NCBI GenBank assembly: GCA_000165425.1
Contig: CT867994.1
Span: forward strand, 124,001 to 188,000
DNA from: Paramecium tetraurelia
Lineage: Eukaryota
Direction of reading: 5' to 3'
DNA length: 64,000 nt
Part shown: positions 61,789 to 64,000 of the stretch, one piece after another
How positions within the stretch are numbered: the first letter of the stretch is position 1
Layout: each line of letters starts with the position of its first letter
Notes under the pieces: model-generated
Told to the model about the DNA's origin: nothing
The model's database searches: none
What the model saw: the letters and a program-made list of their open reading frames with translations, nothing else
Translations under genes and position numbers: made by a program

Positions 61789-62481
61789 TCATTAGAGTCT
61801 GTATTCCTCGCAATCTCTGCAATCTACCCAACCTATCTAATTCTTTTTCAAAACAATATCGTTATCTACTTCAATCAACATCTTCTCATTTAAATTTTGA
61901 ATATATGGAAATTTCTATTTAACATCATCGAAATTCAGGAGTCTATTTCTAATTTAAAGACACTCAGCTTTATCCTTATAATTCACTATTATTTCTCCTT
62001 TTATTTCTTTTATTTTTACAGTTCTAATGATGACATAAGTGAGGGGTTTTTCAACTTCTACTTTTGCTACTTCTTAATTTATTTATATTGATTCCTCTAC
62101 TTTTGGTTTTATTTAAGGCAAAGGTTTTTTTATTTTTTTATTTTTCGTTAACTTAGGCTTTTAACAGATTGTTTTCTTCTCTTCAATTATTTTAACTTTT
62201 TCAATCGTTCCCTATGATTATGACTGTTGTTATTATAATTATGTGCTGAAATTATTTTATTATTTTTTAATAGGAACAAACTTTCTCTACTCAATTACTT
62301 CAGGTTTAGATGCACTTATTTTAGGTACAAGGGGTATGAGGATTTGAGTACCAAAGGCTTGAAAGTTTTATTGTTTTTTCTGATTGATCATTTTCGATAA
62401 GTTATGATTTTTGATATTATTTATAACAAAGAGGGGAATAGGATAATAATATTATAATTGAATAATTTTTGATTTGGACAT
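61789..62481 (-). CDS. Hypothetical protein (3' end uncertain)
   Basis: ATG at 62481 (MSKSKIIQLQYYYPIPLFV...) is open to TGA at 61789-61791 unless a terminal intron extends it. Confidence 0.5.
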
Positions 62482-62516
62482 GAATGAATTGAATTTTAAT
62501 AAAAAAATTAATTATA

Positions 62517-63653
62517 ATGGCTTAGGTTAATAAGAGGAAGCAATCTAAATCTTTGGATGATAGTGAAGTAGCAATTATCAAATTAAGTGATAGTATAGGG
62601 TGAAGCAGTGTAAGGTCGGTGGATAAAGGAAGAGCATTAGAGATTCGTAGAGGCATTGAGCTTACATGGAAAGAATTGGAAGAAAGTTGAGGAATATGTT
62701 GGTACAAGAAGTGGAGCATAAATCAGGTAATTTTGTATACGATAGTTTCATCAGATCTCATGCTCAGAAATTTTTCAATCGTTTAGAGAAAGAGTTTAAT
62801 TAATAATTTAATGGACTGAAGAGTTCGGAGATCAAGGAAATCTTCGAAAACAAGAAATTTCATTAATTTTCTGAAGGAGATTACATGCAAATGAAATAGA
62901 AGAACAACTCTATCATGGGTATGACATCATATTTTTATATTTATTTTTAGATGTATCTGACGATGAAGTCCAGATAAATGTGGAGTCTATGCAAATGGAA
63001 TCCAACCAATAATAGCAATAAATTAAAGCCCAATTGCAATAAGGTATACTTGACCTCAATCTGCCTGACTCCCAAACTCATAATCCTACTAAAGAATAAG
63101 TCACGAAATATTAGTAATAATAAAGGAAAATCCAAAAAAAACTATAAGATGTTTAAGACATGAATCAACTACCAGATGAACTCCTTAAAGAAATTTGCAT
63201 TTTGCACAAAGAAAAAGGACAGATCATGGCTATTTAACAGATTCAAAATGCCTATCAATCCATCTCAGAAGTCAATCTGAATGATGAATTGCAGAATCAA
63301 CAAATACATCAAGAGTAGAAGCAACCCTCCACCCTGGATCAAGATAAAAACTAAGAATCTAGGCCAGGAAATGATGAGTCCTTTTTTCATTTTATCATGT
63401 ATTCAATACATCATTAAAATCCAGGGCCAAAATTTCAAAGTATTTAAAGAATAGGAAATTGAGTTTATCTGATTTAATAAATGTACCTAAATCTGAATAA
63501 GAGATCCAATTAGATTCTCATCCACAAAAATGTGATCAACAGCAAGAGGCTGAAGGACAAAGAAGTAGAAAACAATCATTTACTTTTTATAACGATTAAG
63601 ACGAAGATAACGAAGCTCGATATTAGAATCTTAAGAAAACTAAAAAAGATTGA
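62517..63653 (+). CDS. SHAQKY/F-class Myb DNA-binding protein
   Basis: GRWIKEEHQRFVEALSLHGKNWKKVEEYVGTRSGAQIRSHAQKFF; short introns; TGA at 63651-63653. Confidence 0.9.
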
Positions 63654-63707
63654 GATGCAACTATTTAATATAGTTTATTTTATATTTTATTTAACAGAAT
63701 CCCTTAA

Positions 63708-64000
63708 ATGAACACTTACCCCGCTTCTCAATAATTCAGCCCTTACTCTGTTACCAAGCAGCCTTAAGCATAACAAGTTTAACGATCGACACCATTTGAT
63801 GAAGATAATGAAACTTCTAATAGTGGATCTTAAATATTCAATTAAGTTTAAGTCGGAGCCTAAAATGGTGTTAATTTGGATGAGTTATTTGATGATAACC
63901 CAGTCAAATCCAATCAAGATTTCCCTTTTTGGGAATAAGACTCACAAAAAGGATAACCTTAAATAAATACTAAGAATGCTGAAAATTCTTTGTTTAATTT
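63708..64000 (+). CDS. Hypothetical protein, 3'-truncated by the window edge
   Basis: MNTYPASQQFSPYSVTKQPQ... remains open to the end of the window. Confidence 0.55.

Overview
AT-rich, very gene-dense eukaryotic DNA that reads as ciliate macronuclear sequence, most likely Paramecium (inferred). Long ORFs only read through if TAA/TAG = Gln and TGA is the sole stop. Genes carry 20-33 nt GT..AG introns, and the window holds an eRF1 with the Paramecium-type EAASIKD motif. The supplied standard-code ORF track is therefore fragmented and I re-translated by hand. About 33 protein genes were found, including a kinesin-like protein, a CNG/K+-channel-like protein, a DSP-fold protein, CDC23/APC8, a PTB-like RRM protein, two MORN proteins, CKS, a P-type ATPase homologue, CWC27, a cNMP-binding protein, a ZIP transporter, eRF1, RecQ, SelT-like, BEACH-WD40, an MDR oxidoreductase and a SHAQKF Myb. 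Highlights: (1) an intact 874-aa PMCA-like ORF that lacks the whole nucleotide-binding domain and has lost its catalytic motifs; (2) a kinesin with a degenerate switch I fused to a CCDC78-like tail; (3) several further intact ORFs with degenerate functional sites (Cys->Ser phosphatase, GYG-less channel, CxxT SelT, possible ligand-less ZIP, divergent CKS); (4) ATGA stop/start overlaps and 20-38 bp divergent spacers; (5) three apparent 1-nt indels. No tRNA, rRNA, CRISPR array, transposon or telomeric repeat was recognised. All family calls come from motif recognition by eye, not from database searches.
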